DNA of 64,000 nucleotides from an uncultured Chloroflexia bacterium (GTDB taxonomy: Bacteria > Chloroflexota > Anaerolineae > Anaerolineales > UBA4823): positions 70,431-134,430 of the forward strand of contig CAWBYY010000001.1 in NCBI GenBank assembly GCA_963793095.1, read 5' to 3'. The translations under genes and the position numbers were made by a program. The number at the start of each line of letters is the position of its first letter. The stretch's first letter is position 1. Of the stretch, positions 37,697-46,734 are shown in pieces. The notes beneath the pieces were generated by a model that saw nothing but the letters and a program-made list of their open reading frames with translations, was not told the DNA's origin and did no database searches.

Positions 37697-38534
37697 ATGA
37701 TAGGAAGTACAGAACTGCCTGTATTGGAGATGCACCCATCCGGGGCGTTGGTCATGCATGAAGAATGGGATCCCCTGCGGGTAAAAAAATTGACAGAACG
37801 TTTGCTCGGGGAGAAAGTATTAAAAAAACCCTCCAATTGTGGCTCCCATTTCAGGGACGGAATCACTTGTTGTCCTTGATGGAGCTAACCGGACTGCCGC
37901 CTTCCAGGAATTGGGAATCAAACACATAGTGGCTCAAATTGTCTCTTACAATGATCCGGGCGTCAAAGTTGAATCATGGAACCATGTCGTCTCCGGGCTG
38001 GATGCAGAATTGCTAATCACTACAATTGTTAACATCGCTGATATCAAATTGGAGAAGTGCAGCCTGGATGACGCCCGTGAATCGTTAAGTAAAGGCGAAG
38101 CAATAGGCTACCTGGTATTCGAACACGATGTCCGTAAGGTCCTAGCCTCCCGTGTGAGCGATATCAAGGATTTGAGGATTCTGAATGATATTGTCGGGGC
38201 TTATAAAGGAAAGGCAAAAATCTTCCGGGCTTCAAACGATGAATGGGAGAAACAATCTCCGTATTACCCCGGGATAACAGCCCTGGTTGTATTTCCATCT
38301 TACCAGCCAGACGATATTATGGCGGCGGTTAAAAATGGTTACAAGATACCCAGCGGGGTTACCAGGCATATCATCCCATACCGGGCGCTGAATATAAATA
38401 TCCCGCTTGAAATTCTGCAGGCAGACCACTCTCTCCAGGAAAAACGGGAATGGTTGAATGATTGGCTGATGGAGAGAATGGCAGCCAATGCCATCCGCTA
38501 CTATGCTGAACCGACGTTCTCGTTCAATGAATAA
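37697..38534 (+). pseudogene. ParB/sulfiredoxin-fold protein (SerK/SbnI-like?), reading frame interrupted at an A7 run (3n+1)
   Basis: ORF 37697..37879 (…VMHEEWDPLRVKKLTERLLGEKVLK) plus ORF 37839..38534. Removing one A from 37822-37828 gives …GEKVLKNPPIVAPISGTESLVVLDGANRTAAFQELGIKHIVAQIVSYNDPGVKVESW. The span of 838 nt equals 3n+1. Confidence 0.65.
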
Positions 38535-38540
38535 ACCTGT

Positions 38541-39308
38541 ATGAATATCCGGGAAGAAAGAAAGCGCCGGTTTGAGCTGGTAATTTTTGACCTGGGCGAG
38601 ACCCTGATCTACTTTGATGGCGACTTGGAGGAGGTAGTATATGAGTCCAATCAACAGCTTTACCAGGGTTTGAGAAATGCTGGTTTCGACCTTGAAAAAA
38701 CCGCTTTTATCAGGGATTTTCATAACCAGATGGTTGTATACCAGGCCCGCAGGAAGACGGATTGTAAGGAGCACACAACTGAATCTGTGCTGCGAAAAGT
38801 CCTGGAAGGTTGGGGGTATCCAAATCTGGAGAAGGAGGATATCTCCCCGGTGATTGCGGGCATGTACGCAGTATCTCAGAAACACTGGCATGTAGAACCG
38901 GATGCAATAACCACGCTTGAATCGCTTAAAAGAGATGGTTATAAAATCGGGTTGATCTCAAATGCAGCCGACGACCAGGATGTCCAGACCCTGATTGACC
39001 AGGCTAATATCAGGTCCTATTTTGAATTAATCATGACCTCTGCCGCGCAGGGAATCCGGAAACCGGACCCATATATGTTTCAGAAAGCGCTGGATTTCTG
39101 GAATTTGAAACCCTCCCAAGCAGTTATGGTTGGCGATACACTGAATGCTGATATTCTTGGAGCTAACCAGGTCGGTATCTTCAGCGTGTGGATAAACAGG
39201 CGGGTGGATACTGAAAAACTGACACCGGCGGATAAAAAGATACAGCCAGAGGCGATAATCAGCGATCTGGGTGAGTTATCCGGGCTGCTTAATAACTTTC
39301 AGTGGTAA
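38541..39308 (+). CDS. HAD-superfamily hydrolase (subfamily IA-like)
   Basis: The motifs are LVIFDLGETLIY (motif I variant), LISNA (motif II) and GDTLNADILGA (motif IV). Confidence 0.8.
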   Translation: MNIREERKRRFELVIFDLGETLIYFDGDLEEVVYESNQQLYQGLRNAGFDLEKTAFIRDFHNQMVVYQARRKTDCKEHTTESVLRKVLEGWGYPNLEKEDISPVIAGMYAVSQKHWHVEPDAITTLESLKRDGYKIGLISNAADDQDVQTLIDQANIRSYFELIMTSAAQGIRKPDPYMFQKALDFWNLKPSQAVMVGDTLNADILGANQVGIFSVWINRRVDTEKLTPADKKIQPEAIISDLGELSGLLNNFQW

Positions 39309-39336
39309 GGAATAGATAAAAGAATAAAAGGGGATT

Positions 39337-39369
39337 TTCTGGCAGGGAGTTTTCTGGTCCCTGCCAGAA
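39337..39369. terminator. bidirectional stem-loop terminator between convergent HAD and HtrA genes
   Basis: A perfect 12-bp stem pairs TTCTGGCAGGGA (39337-48) with TCCCTGCCAGAA (39358-69), with a 9-nt loop. The T-rich tail lies on the minus-strand side (AATCCCCTTTTATTCTTTTATC). Confidence 0.7.
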
Positions 39370-39379
39370 GTCAAAATTT

Positions 39380-40633
39380 CTAGGGGGTTGGGATCTCCGG
39401 AATGTCAAACTGCTCGGGCCGGGCCTCAACAGTGACCTTAATGTCCTCATATTTGCCGTCGCTGTAAACGGTAAGGTTGACCTCATCTCCCGGCCTGACA
39501 TTCATCGCAATGTAAACCAGCAGGTCACCGAATGAATTTATATTCACCCCATTGATCGCTGTAATAACATCTCCGCCAATGGTAAGCTGGCGCCCTTCAA
39601 AATTGGTATCTCTCAACGAGCCGTGTAATCCGGACTGAGCGGCAGGTCCATCTGCGACAACTTCGGAGATATAAGCGCCGCGATCAACCGGCAGTCCCAT
39701 CGCCTCCGCCAGGGATGGTGAGACATCTGCTCCCACAACTCCCAACCATGCCCATTCAAATACGCCATCCTCGATCAACTCGGGCACAACATGCCTGACT
39801 ATGCTGACTGGTATGGCGAAACCAACTCCGCTGTTACTCCGGCTGAACCCATCGGTTTCAATCTGGGCGTTCACCCCAATCACCTCGCCGCGCAGGTTGA
39901 GCAGCGGCCCGCCCGAATTTCCAGGATTGATCGCAGCATCGGTTTGAATACTCTCAGGGATCGAAAATGGAGTCAGGGCTGGAATGGTGCGTCCGAGCGC
40001 ACTCACAATGCCGCTTGTCAGAGTGCCGCCCAGTCCAAAAGGATTACCGATTGCGATCACTGTTTGGCCGACCCGAATGTCTTCTATATTCCCAAGCGGG
40101 AGCGGCTGGACCCCCTCCGGAACCTCATTAACCTTAATCACCGCCAGGTCGCTGTGCAGGTCTTCGCCGATAATATCTGCGGATTTAATGGTACCGTCGG
40201 AAAATATTACCTCGACTTGCCGGGAGCCGTGAACGACGTGGGCATTTGTAATGATATTGCCAACAAGGTCGAACAGAAAACCGGAACCTTGCCCGCTGGC
40301 AAGCACCCGGCCAGCCTGTTCGCCATAAGTGATAATATTTACCACTGCTGGATTTACCCTTTCGTACAGATCGCTGAATGAAAGATTGTCCGGCGCCGGT
40401 TCGACCGCCGGCGCTGGCAGGGATATCCGCGCTTGTTCTGAGCTCTCTTCGGTTGGCGGTGGGGGTTCGGCTGTATCTGTTTGCTGCTCACCAAAAATCA
40501 ATTCATCAGGCAGGTTGATCTCTGTGGGAAGCACTTCCTGAACTTCGCTCAACGGGACTGTCAAACTGCAGGCCAGGGTCAGAATTGGCAGGAAAAGGCC
40601 TACCATAATAATATTTATTTTTTTGTTGTTCAT
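39380..40633 (-). CDS. HtrA/DegP-family trypsin-like serine protease with PDZ domain
   Basis: The catalytic triad contexts are TNAHVV, DLAVIKV and GNSGGPLLN. A C-terminal PDZ domain is present. The signal anchor begins at MNNKKINIIMVGLFLPILTLACS (ATG 40633, RBS AGAGG). Confidence 0.9.
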   Translation of the reverse strand: MNNKKINIIMVGLFLPILTLACSLTVPLSEVQEVLPTEINLPDELIFGEQQTDTAEPPPPTEESSEQARISLPAPAVEPAPDNLSFSDLYERVNPAVVNIITYGEQAGRVLASGQGSGFLFDLVGNIITNAHVVHGSRQVEVIFSDGTIKSADIIGEDLHSDLAVIKVNEVPEGVQPLPLGNIEDIRVGQTVIAIGNPFGLGGTLTSGIVSALGRTIPALTPFSIPESIQTDAAINPGNSGGPLLNLRGEVIGVNAQIETDGFSRSNSGVGFAIPVSIVRHVVPELIEDGVFEWAWLGVVGADVSPSLAEAMGLPVDRGAYISEVVADGPAAQSGLHGSLRDTNFEGRQLTIGGDVITAINGVNINSFGDLLVYIAMNVRPGDEVNLTVYSDGKYEDIKVTVEARPEQFDIPEIPTP

Positions 40634-40938
40634 AAAATAACCTCTACTGATTAGTAACAATAAACCAATCTTGAATGATTGGAGTTTTCACTTAACGATC
40701 CATGTTCCAGGATAATTCACCGTTTCTATGTAATTTAATTAACCGCCCATAAATTTTTCAGGCCTTCCGAGTATATCTTTGCTACTTAAGAGAATCCTGA
40801 ATTGGATGTAAGAAATTTATATTAATTTTTAAGGGGATCAGCGATTAAAAAAAGATGATTTTGTGGCACCCCGGGCTGCTAACTGCCGTTAACCTGATTA
40901 TCAAATCAGGTCAGGATGAGATAGAAAGCTGCCCAATT

Positions 40939-41925
40939 TCAACCGGAATTCAGCGGCTGCGAGGGCGCAACCCTCTCGTAAAAAAAGTGGATATTCGGTT
41001 TAAATCGATTAATCCCGAAACTCCAGCGGTCAAAGGGCGCAGGAATATCAATTTCCTGTAATTCCTGCTCATGTACGCCTGCATCGACCGACTGCTGTGC
41101 AATTTCTTCCAGGGTATACAGATATTCGACTAGTAGGACCAGGTCTTTTTTAGAGCCCGGCGGGCCGTGCCCGGGGATGAATGTTTCCACATCCATCTCC
41201 AGCAGCTCTCGTAAAATCGCCCGCAGCCCATCCGGGTCGCAGTCCTGCAGGTATGGATGGCACTCGAAAAATCCGATATCTCCAATAAACGCCACCTTTT
41301 GCCGGGGAAGCAGTAAATAACTGTCACTGGGCGTATGACCGCTGCCAGCATGGACCAGGTGGGCGGTGACTTCTGAGCCATAAAATGTGATCTCGCCCTC
41401 AAATGTTTGATCAGGAAACCTGGTTTTTATTGAAGGAATTGCATCAATGTATTTATCCAGATGGGAGATTGAAGCTTTAAGATTAGTCTGCCATCTTGGA
41501 TCTTTTTGGGATTCAAGCTGCGACAACAGACTTTCCCGGTAGGTACCCATCTCCAACAGTTCTTGTTCGGGGGAGTAATCGGGATCGTTGTCGCTTTCAT
41601 AAACCAGCTGGCGGGTTTTACGAGTGGAGATTACTGGAAACCTGCCTGGAAAAACCTGGAGTCCAGTGCGGTGATCGGAATGGTGGTGACTGAGCAGGAT
41701 CGAAACCCGGTCATTGCTGGCATATTCCTTCTGCGCCTGGTACAAGTCTTGAGCGGCTTGGGGTGTGTCGAATGCGTCAAATATCAACGTGTGCCCACCG
41801 ATGTCGATAATTCCGGCGTTACTGTATGCGCCTCCGCCCGGGACAGCTATGGCTGCAAGCACGCCAGGCGCAACCTGGTAGAGATTGAAGTGTTTGCTGA
41901 AAAATGGTGTTCGCAGGGGTTTCAT
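40939..41925 (-). CDS. MBL-fold metallo-hydrolase
   Basis: LLSHHHSDHRTG (HxHxDH) and downstream His/Asp ligands (VHAGSGHTPSD) are present. Confidence 0.85.
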   Translation of the reverse strand: MKPLRTPFFSKHFNLYQVAPGVLAAIAVPGGGAYSNAGIIDIGGHTLIFDAFDTPQAAQDLYQAQKEYASNDRVSILLSHHHSDHRTGLQVFPGRFPVISTRKTRQLVYESDNDPDYSPEQELLEMGTYRESLLSQLESQKDPRWQTNLKASISHLDKYIDAIPSIKTRFPDQTFEGEITFYGSEVTAHLVHAGSGHTPSDSYLLLPRQKVAFIGDIGFFECHPYLQDCDPDGLRAILRELLEMDVETFIPGHGPPGSKKDLVLLVEYLYTLEEIAQQSVDAGVHEQELQEIDIPAPFDRWSFGINRFKPNIHFFYERVAPSQPLNSG

Positions 41926-42446
41926 TTTATATCTTCGTTTAACTTATTGGCCCAGTTGCGTAAGGAGGAAATGTGGTCATCATAATGCCAGAACGTATTC
42001 GCTCCGACCAGATACCATACCGGGTTCCCATTTGTCCATTCGAACCGGCCTGGTTCAAACAGGTCTTCTTCCGGGATCGATTCAACAAACCTTAATGTGT
42101 CAGTGTAGGAAGAGTCAAATTCTGCCTGCACACTGGATAAGGATTTATGCCTGTTTTCCTCGAATATCCCCGCGTTGATCTGATCCAGGTCTTCCCAGGG
42201 GGTCCCTGGTGGAGGCCGGTTCGGCGTAATCCCTGCCTGCAGATCTCTGATCCACTCGCACATCATCTGTTCCCATCTGGAGATGTGAGCCAGAATATCT
42301 TTTACACTCCAGTTGTTTTCAACACCCGGTTCGGCCAGGCGGGAGGAGGGGATGGATTTAATTACCTCTTCCAGTTCGAGCCGTTTGGCTTTGACCTTTT
42401 CGAGCAGTTCGCTTTTTGTATTGATCTTTTCCACCGGTAACCTCAC
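41922..42446 (-). CDS. DinB/ClbS-like (DUF1706-type) four-helix-bundle protein
   Basis: KSELLEKVKAKRLELEEVIKSIP...WSVKDILAHISRWEQMMCEWI...FWHYDDHISSLRNW. There is a 4-nt overlap with neighbours on both sides. Confidence 0.6.
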   Translation of the reverse strand: MRLPVEKINTKSELLEKVKAKRLELEEVIKSIPSSRLAEPGVENNWSVKDILAHISRWEQMMCEWIRDLQAGITPNRPPPGTPWEDLDQINAGIFEENRHKSLSSVQAEFDSSYTDTLRFVESIPEEDLFEPGRFEWTNGNPVWYLVGANTFWHYDDHISSLRNWANKLNEDIK

Positions 42447-43081
42447 AATGTACGGACTTCCAGGATCCCAGGATGATTAAATAGAATATTCGATAATTCC
42501 CGGTGATATTTTGGTTTGCCGATTGTTTTCCATTTACAGACCATTTTTTCCCCTATCCGGTCGCGGGAAAACCTGGATAAATTCAGCCGCGACTTTTCAA
42601 ATTCCAGGGATATCTCATCGAATAAGCCTTCCTTAATTGGGAAAACCAGCTCGTAGGTTTGGGTTATCCTCATCTGGTCGACAATATTTTCCAGCCTGGG
42701 AAACAGCAGGAGCACAGCCAGGATTGCGATGGTCGCGCAAATTACCAGCAGGTAAAAACCTCCACCGACAGCCATACCGAGTGCGGCGGAAATCCAGATT
42801 GTTGCGGCGGTAGTCAACCCCATTATCTGGCCCCGGTCTTGCAGGATTACACCGGCCCCCAGAAAGCCGACCCCGGCGACAATACTTGCGGCGATGCGCA
42901 CCGGATCTTCTTCGCCTCCCAGGCGGAGTGAAAGGATTGTGAAAAGGGTGGCACCCAGGCAGATCAATAAAATTGTCCTGAATCCGGCGGCTTTATCACG
43001 GTACTCCCTTTCTAGACCGATAGCCCCGCCAACCACTATGGAAAGCAGGATTTTGACTATCACCTCCTGGGTTAAAAACAC
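42443..43081 (-). CDS. MgtC/SapB family membrane protein
   Basis: The N-terminus ILLSIVVGGAIGLEREYRDKAAGFRTILLICLGATLFT is the MgtC signature. Confidence 0.85.
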   Translation of the reverse strand: MFLTQEVIVKILLSIVVGGAIGLEREYRDKAAGFRTILLICLGATLFTILSLRLGGEEDPVRIAASIVAGVGFLGAGVILQDRGQIMGLTTAATIWISAALGMAVGGGFYLLVICATIAILAVLLLFPRLENIVDQMRITQTYELVFPIKEGLFDEISLEFEKSRLNLSRFSRDRIGEKMVCKWKTIGKPKYHRELSNILFNHPGILEVRTL

Positions 43082-43156
43082 TGGGTCCCTCCTTTAAAAA
43101 TCTCCCGGCTATTACTTAAAAATTGTCAAAATATTTTTAAAAAGTCACATCCGAAT

Positions 43157-44975
43157 CTACCTTGAAATTACAGGCAGGTCAATATAAGAGCTGAATCTGG
43201 CGTTCCTTTCAATTTTCAGGAGCGGGTCGCCTTGCTCAGGGATGCGCTCAAATGTGTCCCGGTCGTGTCCGGCGATGCTCACCCGGATCCGGTGCCCTTT
43301 CCGGATTAATACTGAAGTAGGGAGCAAACCAAAGTGGAATTCGGTTCTTTCACCCGGGATGAGTGGGGTTTCAGCGGATTTTTTGAAGGAATGGTACGGG
43401 ACTGGTAAATTGAATGGCGGTTTTTCGCTTGATATTTTGCGGTGGCGAGCCCGCAGCAATCCTTCGGTGATGTAAATTACCCTTCCATCTTCAAATACAT
43501 CTTCCAGGTATACAATTATTACGCCGTCCGGTTCCGTGCTGGATACATAAAGCATGACCACCGGATAACCGCTGATCTCGGTATCCCTTTCCAGGGGCTG
43601 GCTGGTAAATGAGAGCAGCCTGCCCCCTGTCTCTCCCCGGTCGGGGTAGATCACAGTTGTGTCGTGAATACTGCTCATCTCCCACCAGCGGTTGTTTAAT
43701 CCGGTTGTAGCATTAAAATCAACCTGATACTCCTCATAACCATTTTCTTCAACCGGTCGCTCCGGCGCCAGCAAGCCGCCAGCCTGCAGGTACCACCTGG
43801 ATTGGGTCACCCCCTCAGGCGGCCAGGTATGGGTTTGTTTCCACTTTTCTTCTCCCATTGTGTAGTAGAACAGGACTTTCTGATCCGCTGCTGGTGGAGT
43901 TTTTTCTTTCAAGCAAGAGTCAAAAAACCGCAGCATCTCCGCCCATTGTCCTTCAAGGGGCGGAAGTGATTTTAGTCCGGGTGAGGCGTACGGACTGGCG
44001 TGGTAGCGCCCGCCGTGTTCCCAGGCGCCAATGGCCCCGCGGACTGCATAATCCACAGTCATAAAACGGCGCAGAACCGCATCTGCGGTGCCAGCATCCA
44101 TCCAGCTTCCGAAGCCGAACAGAGGCACTCCAGCGTTGTGGATATTGCGGGCATATTTCTGCACCGTTATGTCATCAATCATGATATCGATTCCTTCGTG
44201 GCGTTCGTCCCGGCAGGAGACCAGTTGAGCCAGCTCGTAGACGCTCCCATTTGCCGCGATGCTGCTCGACCGCCTCTTTTAATTTCACTCTGCTGCCAGG
44301 TACATCCACCGGCTTCACGCCCTTCACAATAATCCGGCCTCTGAGCCCATACTCGGCAGGGATTGTATTGTGGTCAAGGGCGAGATCAAATTGTCCCCAG
44401 TCACTCAGGAAACGCCTGTTCATGACTCCGCCGGGAAAAGCGATATCCGTATAGCCATCCGGGTGGTTGAACATCGGAATAACCGCTTTTACGGCAGGAT
44501 GTTCAACCGCGGGAAGCAGTTCGGCGGTTGTTCCGACATATGAGATGCCAAAACCCGCTACAAGACCATTGGACCAGGGCTGCCGGATTATCCACTCCAC
44601 AATTTCACGGGCATCATCAATCGATACCTCCGGCCACGGGTACGGCCAGACGCCGTATGAAGCGCCGGTCCCGCGCACATCCACAAAAACCAGGGCGTAA
44701 CCCCGGCTGGTGAAGAATGGTTTCATCTTATTAAAATCGGGGTTTAAATCAGCGGGTTTTATAAATAGGCTGAAAGGCCAGCGAATTTCAATTTCCCGCC
44801 AGTAACGGGTCTGGTTTAGCAACGCCGGTAGTTTATCTGCACGGCTGAGACTGGCGGGGAGCAAAACCTCCACAGCCAGCTCGACCCCGTCCCGCATTGG
44901 GACATAGTACGATGAGGACTTGATCCCCGAGTATTCAGGTTGAGGTGGTGAACAGCAGCCGAATTCTTCTTTCAT
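43157..44975 (-). pseudogene. CocE/NonD-family (S15 X-Pro dipeptidyl-peptidase-like) hydrolase, reading frame interrupted (3n+1)
   Basis: N-part ORF 44175..44975 (YVPMRDGVELAVEVLLP..., FVDVRGTGASYG) and C-part ORF 43157..44182, whose frame is open further upstream (…NGSVYELAQLVSCRDERHEGIDIMIDDITV). The junction is at AAA (44250-44252 on the plus strand as TTT). The span of 1819 nt equals 3n+1. Confidence 0.8.
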
Positions 44976-45037
44976 AAATTTATTAAGGAAGCCCAGATAA
45001 AAATTTTCTATTAATCATATTCGGACGGGTATAAGAT

Positions 45038-45535
45038 TCAGGAAACGCCGACCAGATTGCTGCGGCGCTCTAGCAGGATCACATCCCTCCAGACACCATT
45101 CAGCTTGCCAAACCGTTCGCGCTGGCCGACCTTGCGGAACCCGCATGAACGGTGTAACTCCAGACTGGCCCCATTCTCTGGGAATACGCCAGCCTGGAGG
45201 GTCCAGATCCCGGCTGCTTCAGAACGTGAGATCAGTTTTTTCAACAGCGATTTGCCAATACCCAGGCCCTGTGCATGTCCGGCGACATAGATGCTGACCT
45301 CAGCAACCCCCTCGTAAACACAGCGGTCTGAGACCGGGCAAAGGGCTGCCCACCCAACGACCTGGTTTCCCGACCTGGCGACAAGCCTGGGCTCAATGAG
45401 ATGAACCCTGTCCCAGTGCTCCCATTCCGGCACATCAACCTCAAAAGTCGCATTTCCGGTTTCAATGCCTTCTCTGTATATCGAACGGACAAATACCCAA
45501 TCCTCCCGCCGCATTTTTTCAATAGTCAATTTCAT
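45038..45535 (-). CDS. GNAT acetyltransferase, phosphinothricin/methionine-sulfoximine N-acetyltransferase-like
   Basis: IYREGIETGNATFE...SIYVAGHAQGLGIGKSLL...ENGASLELHRSCGFRKVG...GVWRDVILLERR is the typical PAT/YncA pattern. Confidence 0.8.
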   Translation of the reverse strand: MKLTIEKMRREDWVFVRSIYREGIETGNATFEVDVPEWEHWDRVHLIEPRLVARSGNQVVGWAALCPVSDRCVYEGVAEVSIYVAGHAQGLGIGKSLLKKLISRSEAAGIWTLQAGVFPENGASLELHRSCGFRKVGQRERFGKLNGVWRDVILLERRSNLVGVS

Positions 45536-45661
45536 CGCTGTCTCATCGTCAAGGATTTTTCTATATCCAGGCTGATTGAATTAATTATACAGGGAGTTGC
45601 AGCACCTGGTTAATTGGAAACTATTCAATCCGGGTTGCCCAGTATGTGATTCGACCCTATT

Positions 45662-46534
45662 TTACCTTTCCCAAATTCTTATTTTTTTATCTGCAGCCCC
45701 CAATGCCAACCATTTTCCATCCGGTGAGAAGGCGATACCGTTTATCACTCTGGTGGTTACCGGGAGTGTGTTCAGGAGCGAAAAATCAATGGCATCGAAC
45801 AACTTCACCTGGCTTTCGCCGCTGACTGCGAGTATTTCTTCATCAGCTGAAAAGGCGACCGCCCGCATACCCGCCAGTTGCGGGTCAAGGGATTTTTCCA
45901 GTTTCCAATTTGCTGTATCCCAGAATTTGATCCCGCCTTCGTAACCTGATGAAACCAGCACAGCCCCGTTCCGGATATAACTGTGAACTGTGACCGCGGT
46001 TGTATGCCCGGCAAGAGTGGCGAGATGGTTCCAATCCGGCATCTCCCAGATCTGGATGTTATCGCCCAGCCCTGCTGTGGCGATGGTTTTCATGTCAGAC
46101 GAGAGCAGCGCCGATGTCAGGTTCCCAGGGTTAGCCTGAAAGGAGTTCACCAGCTCACCGCCAGTTGTCCACAGGGCAGCCCTCCCGCCGTATGAGCCGG
46201 AGACCACAAATTTTCCGTCCGGGGAGATCTGCACACAGGAGACCACTTTTTTCCGGTCCTGAAGGTTGTGCAGCAAATCTCCACCCGGAAAAGCCCATAA
46301 TTTTACCGTCTGGTCTGATGACCCGGTTGCCAGCAATGTTTCATCCGGAGATAAGTCAAAACTATTCACGCTGTTGAGATGACCCGAAAACGAGCCGCTA
46401 GAACCCCAATCCGGCACAGACCATAATTTCACCAGATTATCCATTCCGCTCGATATCAGGGTACGGCTGTCGCCAGTAAAGCGTAATTTCAGCACATAGC
46501 TCGAATGGGCTTCAAAAATATTCACTTCTTTCAT
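45662..46534 (-). CDS. WD40-repeat beta-propeller protein
   Basis: Seven repeats end in W/F-D/E-like dipeptides (LVKLWSVPDW, TVKLWAFPGG, AALWTTGG, IQIWEMPDW, IKFWDTANW, VKLFDAIDF, IRIWER). Confidence 0.85.
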   Translation of the reverse strand: MKEVNIFEAHSSYVLKLRFTGDSRTLISSGMDNLVKLWSVPDWGSSGSFSGHLNSVNSFDLSPDETLLATGSSDQTVKLWAFPGGDLLHNLQDRKKVVSCVQISPDGKFVVSGSYGGRAALWTTGGELVNSFQANPGNLTSALLSSDMKTIATAGLGDNIQIWEMPDWNHLATLAGHTTAVTVHSYIRNGAVLVSSGYEGGIKFWDTANWKLEKSLDPQLAGMRAVAFSADEEILAVSGESQVKLFDAIDFSLLNTLPVTTRVINGIAFSPDGKWLALGAADKKIRIWER

Positions 46535-46734
46535 ATTATTTGTTTCTCCGGCGGATTAAACACTTAATACTGATAGGTCCTGAAACAGAAATATAATCCA
46601 TCCTGCCGGTCTGGTTGGGCCTGCCTGCCGGAGGATTAATATAATAAATTATATCAAGGTTGTCGTATTATACCGGGGATTATAATACAATCACATGTTA
46701 ATTCTTCTTTATAGGATATTATTCTACCTGGATT

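Noticed and set aside
38232-38891. 219-aa minus-strand ORF spanning the ParB-like/HAD junction.
   Set aside because: It overlaps two well-supported plus-strand genes and has no recognisable family.
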